From the IMG/VR virus record IMGVR_UViG_3300028920_000053: DNA of 64,000 nucleotides; one strand, given 5' to 3'. The notes under the pieces were generated by a model. It was not told where the DNA came from, searched no databases, and saw only the letters and a program-made list of their open reading frames with translations. This stretch comes from an uncultured virus (IMG/VR IMGVR_UViG_3300028920_000053) (lineage: Duplodnaviria; Heunggongvirae; Uroviricota; Caudoviricetes). A program made the translations under genes and the position numbers. Positions 8,039 through 16,578 of this stretch are shown here, piece by piece (position 1 is the first letter of the stretch; the number at the start of each line of letters is the position of its first letter).

Positions 8039-8805
8039 GAGACCGCGCTCGGTCCGCGAAGACCACGGCCCGCCGCGAGGGACCGCGCTCGGTCCGCGAA
8101 GACCACGGCACGGTCTCGGAGACCACGCGCTGCAGCCGGGGACGACGGCCGAGCAGCGGCCCACCGCGAGGGACCGCGCTCGGTCTCCAGGGACTGCGCT
8201 CGGTCAGGGGCCGCCTGGCCGTGGTCTCGGGGACCGTGGCACTGCAGGTGCTGCTCGGGTGCGGCGAGGGCGATGTCTCGGGGACCGGGGCTTGGTCTCC
8301 GGGGACCGGGGCCGCCGCGGCCGTTGTCTCGGGAGACGCGGGGACCGCGGGTGCGGTCTCGGAGACCGGGGGGACGGGAGGCGTTGTCTCGGAGACCGGG
8401 GGGACTGTCCCCGAGACAACGGGCGGTAGCGAGGGACTCGGGGGCGGGGGCCACCCGACGGGAGGGACCGAACCGACCGGCGGCGCGCAGTCGGGCGGAT
8501 CCATCTCGACCGGAGGGGAGCCCCCGGACCCGTTCGACGGATGCGACACCTACGCGGGCGTCAACTGGATGAGCTACTATGCCGGGCCCGAGTGCCGGGA
8601 GATCCTCTATCCCGTCGGGAGCGGGCAGGCCGGCGCCGTCGCGTGCGTGGTCGACGGTGTCGAGGTGGTCGAGAGGGTCACGCTGTCCGAGCGCTTCGAG
8701 CCCGACCCCTACTGGTACCGGCTCATCGAGATTGGGTGCCAGCCGCAGGAGCGGAACGACTACGAGTCGTCAGGGTGGCAGTGGTGGACGGGCTCGCCGA
8801 GATGA
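8035..8805 (+). CDS. Putative lipoprotein with Gly/Thr-rich linker and Cys-containing C-terminal domain (true start may be near 8221)
   Basis: VALQVLLGC lipobox-like motif, TGG repeats. Confidence 0.55.
   Translation: MRDRARSAKTTARREGPRSVREDHGTVSETTRCSRGRRPSSGPPRGTALGLQGLRSVRGRLAVVSGTVALQVLLGCGEGDVSGTGAWSPGTGAAAAVVSGDAGTAGAVSETGGTGGVVSETGGTVPETTGGSEGLGGGGHPTGGTEPTGGAQSGGSISTGGEPPDPFDGCDTYAGVNWMSYYAGPECREILYPVGSGQAGAVACVVDGVEVVERVTLSERFEPDPYWYRLIEIGCQPQERNDYESSGWQWWTGSPR
8041..8418. repeat. Degenerate GTC-N5/6-GAC repeat cluster related to the repeat at 1-125
   Basis: 29-bp direct repeat at 8041 and 8081; several GTCTCGGRGAC copies; GTCCCCGAGACA at 8407. Confidence 0.8.
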
Positions 8806-8825
8806 GTCCGGGAGAGGAGCCGACG

Positions 8826-9155
8826 ATGAGCAGGCCGAGCACGAAGCAGGCGCAGGAGGCGGCGGACCTCCTGTGGAGGGCGTCCGAGCAGATCAAGGCG
8901 TTCGTCTTCGAGTACCTCGACTCGCGCCGTCCGGGGTTCAAGTACAAGCTGACCTGGCACCTGTTCGTCGGTCCCGTCGATCGGCTGCAGAACGGGCCCG
9001 GCAGATTCAGCATGGCCTTCCGGCTCAACTCGGCGACTGGCGAGAACATCCGCCAGGTGGTCTTCCTGGACAGCGACATCGACCAACCCGACACGCCCGA
9101 GACGCGGGCGGCGCTGGAGCACCTGATGGGGGGCGAGGGTGCCATCTCGGCTTAA
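8826..9155 (+). CDS. Hypothetical protein
   Basis: RBS GAGGAG, ATG 8826. Confidence 0.65.
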   Translation: MSRPSTKQAQEAADLLWRASEQIKAFVFEYLDSRRPGFKYKLTWHLFVGPVDRLQNGPGRFSMAFRLNSATGENIRQVVFLDSDIDQPDTPETRAALEHLMGGEGAISA

Positions 9156-9191
9156 ACGGCTGCGGGGCGCGGCGACGTCCTGGGAGACCCC

Positions 9192-9641
9192 TTGACGACG
9201 GTCCATGAGTGGCTGCGCGGGCGGCTGCTTCGGCGGGTCGGGCTGGAGCCCGCTCCTGACCTCGAGCAGATCCGCCGGGAGCAGTGGTGCCCCGACTTCG
9301 TCCGCAAGATGAGCAATCGGATGGTCGTCGGCTGGTTCCGGTACGGGCCCATCCGCGACCCGGCGGCGAGGCCGTACGACAACGTCGGCTCGGCCATCGA
9401 GCGGCTCCAGGACTACCTTCGGGACGGCAACCTGGAGCACCTGGTCGACGCGGCGAACCTGTGCCTCATCGAGTACGTCAAGGGGCCGCGCGGCGTGGGG
9501 AGCCACCCGAGCCCGACATGGCAGCCGAAGGACGACGGCAAGCACACCCGCCTCGTCGAGCCGCGATTCCCGAAGCCAGATCCCGACGCGACGCCCGAGG
9601 AGATCCGCAGGGCGGGGGCGGCCGCGAGGTGGCCGAGGTGA
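9192..9641 (+). CDS. Phage protein, possible all-alpha (MazG-like) NTP pyrophosphatase fold
   Basis: RYG...NLEHLVDAANLCLIE motif. Confidence 0.4.
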   Translation: MTTVHEWLRGRLLRRVGLEPAPDLEQIRREQWCPDFVRKMSNRMVVGWFRYGPIRDPAARPYDNVGSAIERLQDYLRDGNLEHLVDAANLCLIEYVKGPRGVGSHPSPTWQPKDDGKHTRLVEPRFPKPDPDATPEEIRRAGAAARWPR

Positions 9642-9933
9642 ACGCGAAGCGGAGGCACCGGCGCCGGCGGCGACGCGAGCGGGCGGCCAGGATCGTCAAG
9701 CTGAGCCGGGATCGCCTCGGCACCTACGGGACGAAGTCCGAGCTAAACCGGCTCCGGTTTGGTCGATTCAGCTTGTTTCGGGGTGGCGTGTTCGGGCCCG
9801 ACGACAGAAGGCTGTTCGTGATGCGGGAGGCCGCCGTCGGGAGGCTGGAGTCGACGGCCTTCTTCGTGAGGGTTGGCGTGCCTCCCGATCGTGACTAGCT
9901 TGGGAGATGGACGTTTCAACCGAGGAGAGAGAG

Positions 9934-10086
9934 ATGAGCAAGCGATCGAAGTCGAGCGCGACGGTGTGGGCGATAGCGGCAGGACTCAGCCTGATGTTCG
10001 GGGTGGCCATCGGGAGTGCCGGGGCAGGGGCGGCCGCGATGGTCGTCTGCGCGGTATTCGCGATGAACGCGGCCGCCCGGAAGTAG
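9934..10086 (+). CDS. Small protein with two hydrophobic segments
   Basis: RBS GAGGAG; MSKRSKSSATVWAIAAGLSLMFGVAIG... Confidence 0.55.
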   Translation: MSKRSKSSATVWAIAAGLSLMFGVAIGSAGAGAAAMVVCAVFAMNAAARK

Positions 10087-10101
10087 CGGCATCATCCGGC
10101 C

Positions 10102-10707
10102 ATGGACTTCAAGAAGATGGCCGCCGAGACGATGGAGCGGGCGCGCGGAGGGCCGATCCTGGCCGTGACGCCCGAGAGGACCGAGGAGCTGGTCGAGCAC
10201 TCCCTGCGCCGCGCGTACGGGCTGGGCATGCTCGCGGCCGCGTTGACGATGCGCAACTACGCGACGCTGGCCGAGGCGATGGGCCGTGTCCTGGACGACG
10301 ACCCGGAGACGGATGTCGTGGTCGTCAAGCTGGCGAGAGGGGATGCCGAGCGGCTCGTCTCCGCCTCGCGCGTCGTGCTGGGCGAGGGGCCTCGATCGGG
10401 CGCCGACGACGAGGAGCTCGCGGTCGAGGCGAGCATGCAGAGGTCCGAGGCCGGGAGCCCGCCGCTCGACGGGTGGACTGGCGAGGGGTGGAGGGAGCGC
10501 TGCCTCCGCGTCGCCGGGTGGCTGGAGGAGCTGAGGGCCAAGCGGGCCGAGCTGCACGATGCGCGCAACGACCAGGCCGCCGACCAGGCCGACGCTGCGG
10601 CCCTGCGCGTCCTGCTCGGCGAGCTGCTGAAGAGGTCCGCCGAGCAGGACCGGCCTCCCGAGGACTCGCTACGGCGGACGGCCGAGCGGCTCGGGGTGAA
10701 GCTGTGA
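10102..10707 (+). CDS. Hypothetical helical protein, probably leaderless
   Basis: GCGGCATCAT-N6-ATG. Confidence 0.7.
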   Translation: MDFKKMAAETMERARGGPILAVTPERTEELVEHSLRRAYGLGMLAAALTMRNYATLAEAMGRVLDDDPETDVVVVKLARGDAERLVSASRVVLGEGPRSGADDEELAVEASMQRSEAGSPPLDGWTGEGWRERCLRVAGWLEELRAKRAELHDARNDQAADQADAAALRVLLGELLKRSAEQDRPPEDSLRRTAERLGVKL

Positions 10708-11186
10708 GCTGGCAGTGGCGGCGGGGCAGGGCCGCGGCGCGGTCCACGCTCCGGGAGTCGACGATCGTCAGACGGCGCGCCGAGCGCCAGGCCGTCGCGA
10801 TGCTGAGGCGGCTGTGCGACTCGGTGCTCGGCGAGTTTAGCGAGGAGGCGGCGGAGCCATACCTGTTCGACCGGGCGGAGGTCGAGGCGGAGGCCCGCAA
10901 TCAGGGGTTCCGCGAGGCCCGCGAGCTGGCCCGGCAGGAGGCATATCGCTGGGCGATCGACGTCACGCGATGCGAGGACGGGATCAACCTGCCGCCGCCC
11001 AGCTCGATCTCGCCCCACAAGATGAGCACGACCAGCATCGTCGGCGACCTGAAAAAGGAGCGCTGCGGCGTGCACGTCCTGGCGAGGAGGCGGCGCTGCG
11101 CCGAGCAGATGGTCGACGCGAAGGGCCGGACGCACACGGTCGTGTGGTGGGCTTGGGAGGTCGAGCTGGCGGCAAAGGAGTGGTAG
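10704..11186 (+). CDS. Hypothetical protein
   Basis: GTGA coupling. Confidence 0.5.
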   Translation: MSWQWRRGRAAARSTLRESTIVRRRAERQAVAMLRRLCDSVLGEFSEEAAEPYLFDRAEVEAEARNQGFREARELARQEAYRWAIDVTRCEDGINLPPPSSISPHKMSTTSIVGDLKKERCGVHVLARRRRCAEQMVDAKGRTHTVVWWAWEVELAAKEW

Positions 11187-11214
11187 GAGGACCGTCTCGT
11201 GGTACCATCGGGCC

Positions 11215-11373
11215 ATGGCGAGATGGTTGTCCAGGTTGGGGACCGATCCCCTCGATACGTTCAACGCGAACGCCGAGAACGGGGCGCTGGCGGCGAACCT
11301 GGCGCTGTTGTCCGTTGACTGCCACGGGCTGGTGCTGCAGGACGGGTCGGTCGCAGAGTTCGGACCCGGCTGA
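11215..11373 (+). CDS. 52-aa hypothetical protein, probably leaderless
   Basis: TGG-TACCAT-N6-ATG; fills the gap between neighbours. Confidence 0.45.
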   Translation: MARWLSRLGTDPLDTFNANAENGALAANLALLSVDCHGLVLQDGSVAEFGPG

Positions 11374-11392
11374 GCCGCGGCATCATAGGTGG

Positions 11393-11968
11393 GTGGAAGA
11401 CGTGAGCAGGCAGTGGGCGCTGCACCCGTTGCATCGGAAGCTGGCGACAGGCAGCTGGCCCCGGCGATTCATGGATCTGGCCGAGCTGGTCGCGGGCTGG
11501 AGCAAGGACAGGAGCACGAAGGTCGGCGCGGTCGTCGTCGGGCCCGACATGGAGATTCGGAGCGTCGGCTTCAACGGGTTCCCGCGGGGCGTCGACGACG
11601 GGCCCGACTCGCGGCATGCGAGGCCCGACAAGTACAGGTGGACCGAGCACGCCGAGCGGAACGCGGTCTACAACGCCGCGCGCTTCGGGGCGCCGCTGAG
11701 GAGCTGCGCGCTGTTCTGCACCCACATGACCTGCGCGGACTGCGCGAGGGCCGTCATCCAGTCGGGGCTGCTCGCGGTCGTTCACCTGCCCGTCGAGCCA
11801 GGGCTGGCCGAGCGCTTCGCCGAGGACTTCCTGGTGGCGCGCGAGATGTACGCCGAGGCCGGCGTCGCGGTCGCCGAGCTGGAGCCGGTCCCTCCGGGCT
11901 TCGCTCACGTCGGCGACGGACCTCCCCCCGACCTCGGGTGGCGCCTGGTCGAGCGGCTCCGGGAGTGA
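11393..11968 (+). CDS. dCMP deaminase (cytidine/deoxycytidylate deaminase family)
   Basis: SKDRSTKVGAV, GFNGFPRG, HAERNA and CADC Zn motifs. Confidence 0.92.
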   Translation: MEDVSRQWALHPLHRKLATGSWPRRFMDLAELVAGWSKDRSTKVGAVVVGPDMEIRSVGFNGFPRGVDDGPDSRHARPDKYRWTEHAERNAVYNAARFGAPLRSCALFCTHMTCADCARAVIQSGLLAVVHLPVEPGLAERFAEDFLVAREMYAEAGVAVAELEPVPPGFAHVGDGPPPDLGWRLVERLRE

Positions 11969-11988
11969 CCCGCGGCATAACCTCGGGC

Positions 11989-12456
11989 ATGAGAGACACG
12001 ATACTGAACGGGTTCAGGCGGGGCGCCCCCGACGACAGCGAGGAAGCGCAGATCACGGCGGACCGCGTGCTCATCGAGTCGTGGTACCGCGAGGTCGACC
12101 TGCCGAATGCGAAGGGTTCCCACCTGTCGCTGGAGGCGGATGTCGAGGTCTGGTGGACGAAGTCCCCGGGTGTCGCGTTCGCGCGGGCGTCCTTCAACGC
12201 GAGCATCAACTGGGGGATCGAGGTCGTCCTCGCCAGCTCGAAGGGGCAGAAGGAGCTCGCCCAGAAGGCGGCGCGGATGTTCGACCGCCGCGACTCCGAT
12301 CAGGACGAGCTGGTCGCCGCCAGCAGTGGCCGGGTCGAGGACCTCGGTCATGCGGCGCGGTGGGCCGTGAGGTGGGCGGACGAGGTCCTCGGTATCGCGG
12401 GACGGCGAGCGGAGGAGGTCCACGCTTTGCTACGGGGGGAGGTCCAGGATGGCTGA
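11989..12456 (+). CDS. Hypothetical protein
   Basis: ATG after GCGGCATAAC; codon bias. Confidence 0.6.
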   Translation: MRDTILNGFRRGAPDDSEEAQITADRVLIESWYREVDLPNAKGSHLSLEADVEVWWTKSPGVAFARASFNASINWGIEVVLASSKGQKELAQKAARMFDRRDSDQDELVAASSGRVEDLGHAARWAVRWADEVLGIAGRRAEEVHALLRGEVQDG

Positions 12457-13528
12457 CTCCAAGTGTTGGCGGGTGGCGATCAAGGCGGAGCCCGCCGGGA
12501 GCAGGGAGCTGCCGGGCCATCCCGTCGCGTACGCGTACGCGGAGACCGCGGTCGTCGCCGTCGAGCTGGCGAGGCCGACGATCGGTTCGGGCGAGGTGAG
12601 CGTGAGAGAAGTTTCCCGATCGAGGGTGCCGACTGGTTCCCTGCTCGGGTGGGAAGGCGAGGAGGAGCCGATGATAGACACGATCAGAAACAGGGTGTTC
12701 GTCCAGCTTGCGAGGGCGCTGGGAGACCACGAGGCGGCCGGCAACCCCGAGGCGTGCGACCTCATCAGCCTGGGGACGCACGACGGCGAGGAGGTCCACC
12801 TGTCGATCCAGGTGAACGTCGACCTGCTCGCCGAGGCGCCCCTGGACCCGGAGGATCCGGGAGTGCCGGCGGAGACGCGGGCGCTCGAGCATATCGACGT
12901 CGTGGACGGGCCGCCCGGCGAGGGCACGCGCCGATGCTACAGGTCCGCGCACAAGTGGGCCGAAGGGATCGTCCGCGATCGGTTCTTGAAGGGCTACACC
13001 TCGGCGCTGCCCGAGCCCCCCGAGGTTTCGGGCGTCCCCTATCCGAACCGCAAGCACCCGCTTGAGGTGAGGTACCCGGGCGCCCCCGAGACGCCGCCGG
13101 CCGACTGGATGCCGATCGCGCTCGCCGACGACGGCGCGGCGATGGAGCTCGCCGAGCACATCCTGAAGTCGGTCCGCACCGCGTCCGAGCTGGGCGCGAC
13201 CTACGCCGAGCTGCGCGTGCCCGTCGCCCTGCCCGAGTGGCACGTCATGCACGTCCACCAGACCGAGCGGGAGTCGCTGCTCGGTCTGGCCGAGGAGTGG
13301 CTCGCGGAGATCGGGGCGAAGGCCCACGACTCGGTCGAGGGCGAGTACGTCGCCGGGAGGGCCGCGTGCCTGCTGGAGCTGTGCGGACGGCTCGGGTTCC
13401 CCGACACGATCGCCGAGGAGTGCCGACGCATCCTGTCGAGGGATGACGAAGAAGAGGACGAGGAGGACGAGGACGAGTCGGTTGAAACCGAAACCTTCGT
13501 TTCGACCAAGCCAGGCGACAGGAGGTGA
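12449..13528 (+). CDS. Hypothetical protein with acidic C-terminus
   Basis: 359-aa ORF, RBS GGAGG. Confidence 0.65.
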   Translation: MADSKCWRVAIKAEPAGSRELPGHPVAYAYAETAVVAVELARPTIGSGEVSVREVSRSRVPTGSLLGWEGEEEPMIDTIRNRVFVQLARALGDHEAAGNPEACDLISLGTHDGEEVHLSIQVNVDLLAEAPLDPEDPGVPAETRALEHIDVVDGPPGEGTRRCYRSAHKWAEGIVRDRFLKGYTSALPEPPEVSGVPYPNRKHPLEVRYPGAPETPPADWMPIALADDGAAMELAEHILKSVRTASELGATYAELRVPVALPEWHVMHVHQTERESLLGLAEEWLAEIGAKAHDSVEGEYVAGRAACLLELCGRLGFPDTIAEECRRILSRDDEEEDEEDEDESVETETFVSTKPGDRR

Positions 13529-13619
13529 TCGTCGCATAATCTAGCTGCCGGGGGCGTCGCCCGACGTTCCCCCCCTCCGTCGATTGCCCGACGGCCCCCG
13601 GCACCTTTACAATCGGGGC

Positions 13620-13736
13620 ATGCCCGATGACGACGAAGGCCCATGGCCGGCGCTGATGGCAGCATTCGTCGTCGGGGTCGTAGCCGGCTGGGTCTTCCTG
13701 GCGCTGGCGCTCGCCTTGGGATCCCGCTGCTGGTAG
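13620..13736 (+). CDS. 38-aa single-pass membrane peptide, probably leaderless
   Basis: TTGCCC-18-TACAAT-N6-ATG; hydrophobic stretch. Confidence 0.5.
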   Translation: MPDDDEGPWPALMAAFVVGVVAGWVFLALALALGSRCW

Positions 13737-13745
13737 ACTCGGGGC

Positions 13746-14036
13746 ATGACCGAGGCGGAGCTGAGGATCGGGAGGGCCGCCCAGGAGCTGACCGAGGCGG
13801 AGGTCCTGGAAGCGGTGCGGAACAGCAGGCTGTCGGACAAGTGCGATCCGAAGAAGATGGCGCGGCACATCAAGCGACGGCTGAACGCGGCCAGCACGAA
13901 GGCCGACGGGAAGATCGCCAAGGTCATGAAGGAGTTCGAGTCGGGGACGCTGAAGTCGAGCAGCGGCGAGACGGTGACGAGCAAGGACCAGGCCCTCGCC
14001 ATCGCGCACTCGGAGGCCGGCGTCTCGAAGGGTTGA
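13746..14036 (+). CDS. DUF6496-like protein
   Basis: KIAKVMKEFESGTLKSSSGETVTSKDQALAIAHSEAG matches the family pattern as I recall it. Confidence 0.75.
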   Translation: MTEAELRIGRAAQELTEAEVLEAVRNSRLSDKCDPKKMARHIKRRLNAASTKADGKIAKVMKEFESGTLKSSSGETVTSKDQALAIAHSEAGVSKG

Positions 14037-14116
14037 CCGCCGCGGCGCGGCGCGGCACCCTTCTGTCATGGGAGCCCAGCTAGAGACTCTGCCCCGGGGT
14101 CGGCAAGGCCGGGCAC

Positions 14117-15820
14117 GTGCAAGCGGCTGAGTCGCAAGAGTACAGCACGCCGGCAGACATGGATCGGCGCCGGCTCGTCCGCGACTACCTGGTGAGGCGC
14201 GCGGCGCGGGCCAGGATCAGCAGCACGGACTTCTTCGAGTTCGTCATCCGCGAGGAGACGACCCGGGCACGGATCAAGACCCTGCCCCACCAGGCGCTGG
14301 TCCTCGCGTTCATCGAGCACCACGACCAGTGCCTGATCAAGCTGCCCGTCGGGTTCACGAAAACGTACCTGATGACGGCCCTCACGCTGTACCAGCTGGG
14401 CCTCGACCCAACGGCGCGCGGCGCGGTCATCAGCGCGACCCAGGGGCAGGCGTCGAAGCCGGTCGGCATGGTCCGCGACTACATCGAGAACAGCGCCGAG
14501 CTCCGGCTGGTATTCCCCGAGCTGCGGCCAAGTCCTCGCGAGGGCGACAAGTGGACGCAGCAGGCGCTGGTCGTGGACCGCCCGCCCGGCATTCGCGACC
14601 CCTCGCTTGTCGCGGTCGGTGTCGAGGGCGCGCTCCCCGGTGCCCGTCTCAGCTGGCTGTTCGTCGACGACATCCTGGACGACGAGAACACCGCGACCCC
14701 CGCGGGGCGCGCGAAGGTCAAGCGCTGGTTCTGGAATACCGTCATGGGTCGTCGCGACGTGCAGGGCGCGAAGGTCGTCGTCACGAACACGCCCTGGCAC
14801 CCGGAGGATCTAGTCCACGACCTACAGCGGGCGGGCTGGCCCACGCTCGAGATGACGGTGGACGGCGAGGTCCGTATCTACAACGCGCCCGACTTCGACA
14901 CGGACGCGGTGCGTCCCGCCGACCCGGAGAGCACGGATCCCGAGGCGCACCTGCGGCTCGCCGCGCACGACGATCCCGAGCTGGTGCAGAGGGTATACGA
15001 AGAGGAGGGCCTGCGGCCTCCCATGTCGCTGACCGACGAGGAGTGCGTCGTCCCCCTGTGGCCGTCGAAGTTCGGGAACGCGGACATCCGCCGGATCGAG
15101 CGCGAGTACCAGCGGAGCGGCCGCAGCGTAGACTTTGAGCAGCTGTACCGGATGCGCTGCCGAAGCGACGAGGACAGCCGCGTGAAGGAGGCCGACATCG
15201 CGGAGTGCAAGCGGCTCGCGAGGGAGGCCGGGCACTTCGGGCTGACGGCTGCGTGGGACAACGAATGGCCCGTTTACACGGGCGTCGACCTCGGCGTCGG
15301 GAAGTCGCAGTCGAGCGGGAAGACGGTCCTGTTCACCTTCGCCATCCGCCCCGAGGATCGTCGCCGGCTCATCCTGGACGTCGACGCGGGCAAGTGGAGC
15401 GGCAAGACGATCGTCAAGAAGATCGGGCAGAAGCACCGCCGGTACGGCTCGCTCATCGCGGTCGAGAACAATGGCGCCCAGGACTACCTCCGGCAGTGGA
15501 TGGTCGAGGAGGACAGCGGCATCCCGATCCGCGCCCACCTGACGGGGAAGAACAAGGTGAATCCGGCCTTCGGCGTCGAGTCGATCTTCATCGAGATAGA
15601 GAACCACCTCTGGCTCATCCCGAGCGACCCGGGCGGGGGCGTCCACCCCAAGCTGCAGGAGTGGCTCGACGACATGCTCTACTACGTCGCCGGCAAGCAC
15701 ACGGGCGACTTCCTGATGAGCTGCTGGATCGGCCGCGAATACGCGAGGAAGATGGGCGCGTTCGTCAAGCCACCGCCGGGCCACCAGCCATCGGTCGCCG
15801 CGCAGATCGGGATGCGCTAA
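14117..15820 (+). CDS. terL: Terminase large subunit
   Basis: Walker A-like LPVGFTKT, Walker B LFVDDILD, coupling motif NTPWH, RNase H-like YTGVDLG, VENNGAQ, C-terminal D..M. Confidence 0.92.
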   Translation: MQAAESQEYSTPADMDRRRLVRDYLVRRAARARISSTDFFEFVIREETTRARIKTLPHQALVLAFIEHHDQCLIKLPVGFTKTYLMTALTLYQLGLDPTARGAVISATQGQASKPVGMVRDYIENSAELRLVFPELRPSPREGDKWTQQALVVDRPPGIRDPSLVAVGVEGALPGARLSWLFVDDILDDENTATPAGRAKVKRWFWNTVMGRRDVQGAKVVVTNTPWHPEDLVHDLQRAGWPTLEMTVDGEVRIYNAPDFDTDAVRPADPESTDPEAHLRLAAHDDPELVQRVYEEEGLRPPMSLTDEECVVPLWPSKFGNADIRRIEREYQRSGRSVDFEQLYRMRCRSDEDSRVKEADIAECKRLAREAGHFGLTAAWDNEWPVYTGVDLGVGKSQSSGKTVLFTFAIRPEDRRRLILDVDAGKWSGKTIVKKIGQKHRRYGSLIAVENNGAQDYLRQWMVEEDSGIPIRAHLTGKNKVNPAFGVESIFIEIENHLWLIPSDPGGGVHPKLQEWLDDMLYYVAGKHTGDFLMSCWIGREYARKMGAFVKPPPGHQPSVAAQIGMR

Positions 15821-15836
15821 GCAGATCGATCTGCTT
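15819..15836. promoter_or_regulatory. Dispersed palindrome copy 3 (18-bp core, overlapping the terL stop and next promoter)
   Basis: AAGCAGATCGATCTGCTT, 10 nt before CATCAT at 15847. Confidence 0.88.
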
Positions 15837-15887
15837 GGGAAGGCGGCATCATCCGGGCATGAGTAGAGAACAGAAGAGGACGGTCTG

Positions 15888-16247
15888 ATGGGGATGTCAA
15901 AGGAGGCACGCGAGAAGGCGGCCGAGACCAGGCGGAAGAAGCGCGAGAACAGGACGGTCGTCCCCCTCGGCGATGTGTGGCGGCTGATCGCGATCGACGA
16001 TCTGAACTGGTGTCTGCAGCGTCGGAGCGAGGAGGCGGCCGCCGCGGGCGACGACGAAGCCTGGCAGAACGAAGGCTACTACGGGAAGCTGGAGGACGCG
16101 GTCAGGGGGGCGGCCCGGCACATGTCGGAGGATGCGCTGAAGAAGATGGGCGACGTCAGCCTGCTCGAGCTGGCGGACCAGGTGTCGGCATCGATCCAGG
16201 TCATCGAGGACGCTGTCGCCGAGGCGACCTACATGGCGAGGCGATGA
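15888..16247 (+). CDS. Hypothetical protein
   Basis: RBS AGAGGA; W..EGYY motif. Confidence 0.7.
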   Translation: MGMSKEAREKAAETRRKKRENRTVVPLGDVWRLIAIDDLNWCLQRRSEEAAAAGDDEAWQNEGYYGKLEDAVRGAARHMSEDALKKMGDVSLLELADQVSASIQVIEDAVAEATYMARR

Positions 16248-16531
16248 AGAGGCCGCTGCTGTCGAGGGCCCGCGAGTCGGCCGTCGCCCTTGAAGGGATA
16301 CGGTGTCTCGGGGTCCCGACCGCGATTGAGACGCTCCGGGACTGCGCGGAGCTGATGGAAGCGCTGCGGATGGACCAGCCATGGCCGCTGACCTCGGTCC
16401 TGAAGCGGCTGGCAGATGCCGCGGACCACCTGCTCGACGCACATGACTGTGACGCGCACGGCTACGAGGAAGTCGGCGCGGCGAGGGATGCGGCGAGGGA
16501 CATCCTGCGGCGACTCGACGAGCTGCCCTAG
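16244..16531 (+). CDS. Hypothetical protein
   Basis: ATGA coupling. Confidence 0.55.
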   Translation: MKRPLLSRARESAVALEGIRCLGVPTAIETLRDCAELMEALRMDQPWPLTSVLKRLADAADHLLDAHDCDAHGYEEVGAARDAARDILRRLDELP

Positions 16532-16578
16532 ACTAGCGCGTCGGTCGGCGGCATCATCCGCGCAAGGAGGATCCCCAC

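Noticed and set aside
11393..11968. Deaminase as a defence or base-editing system
   Set aside because: Plain dCMP deaminase motifs with no fused kinase or partner domain; a common phage nucleotide-metabolism gene
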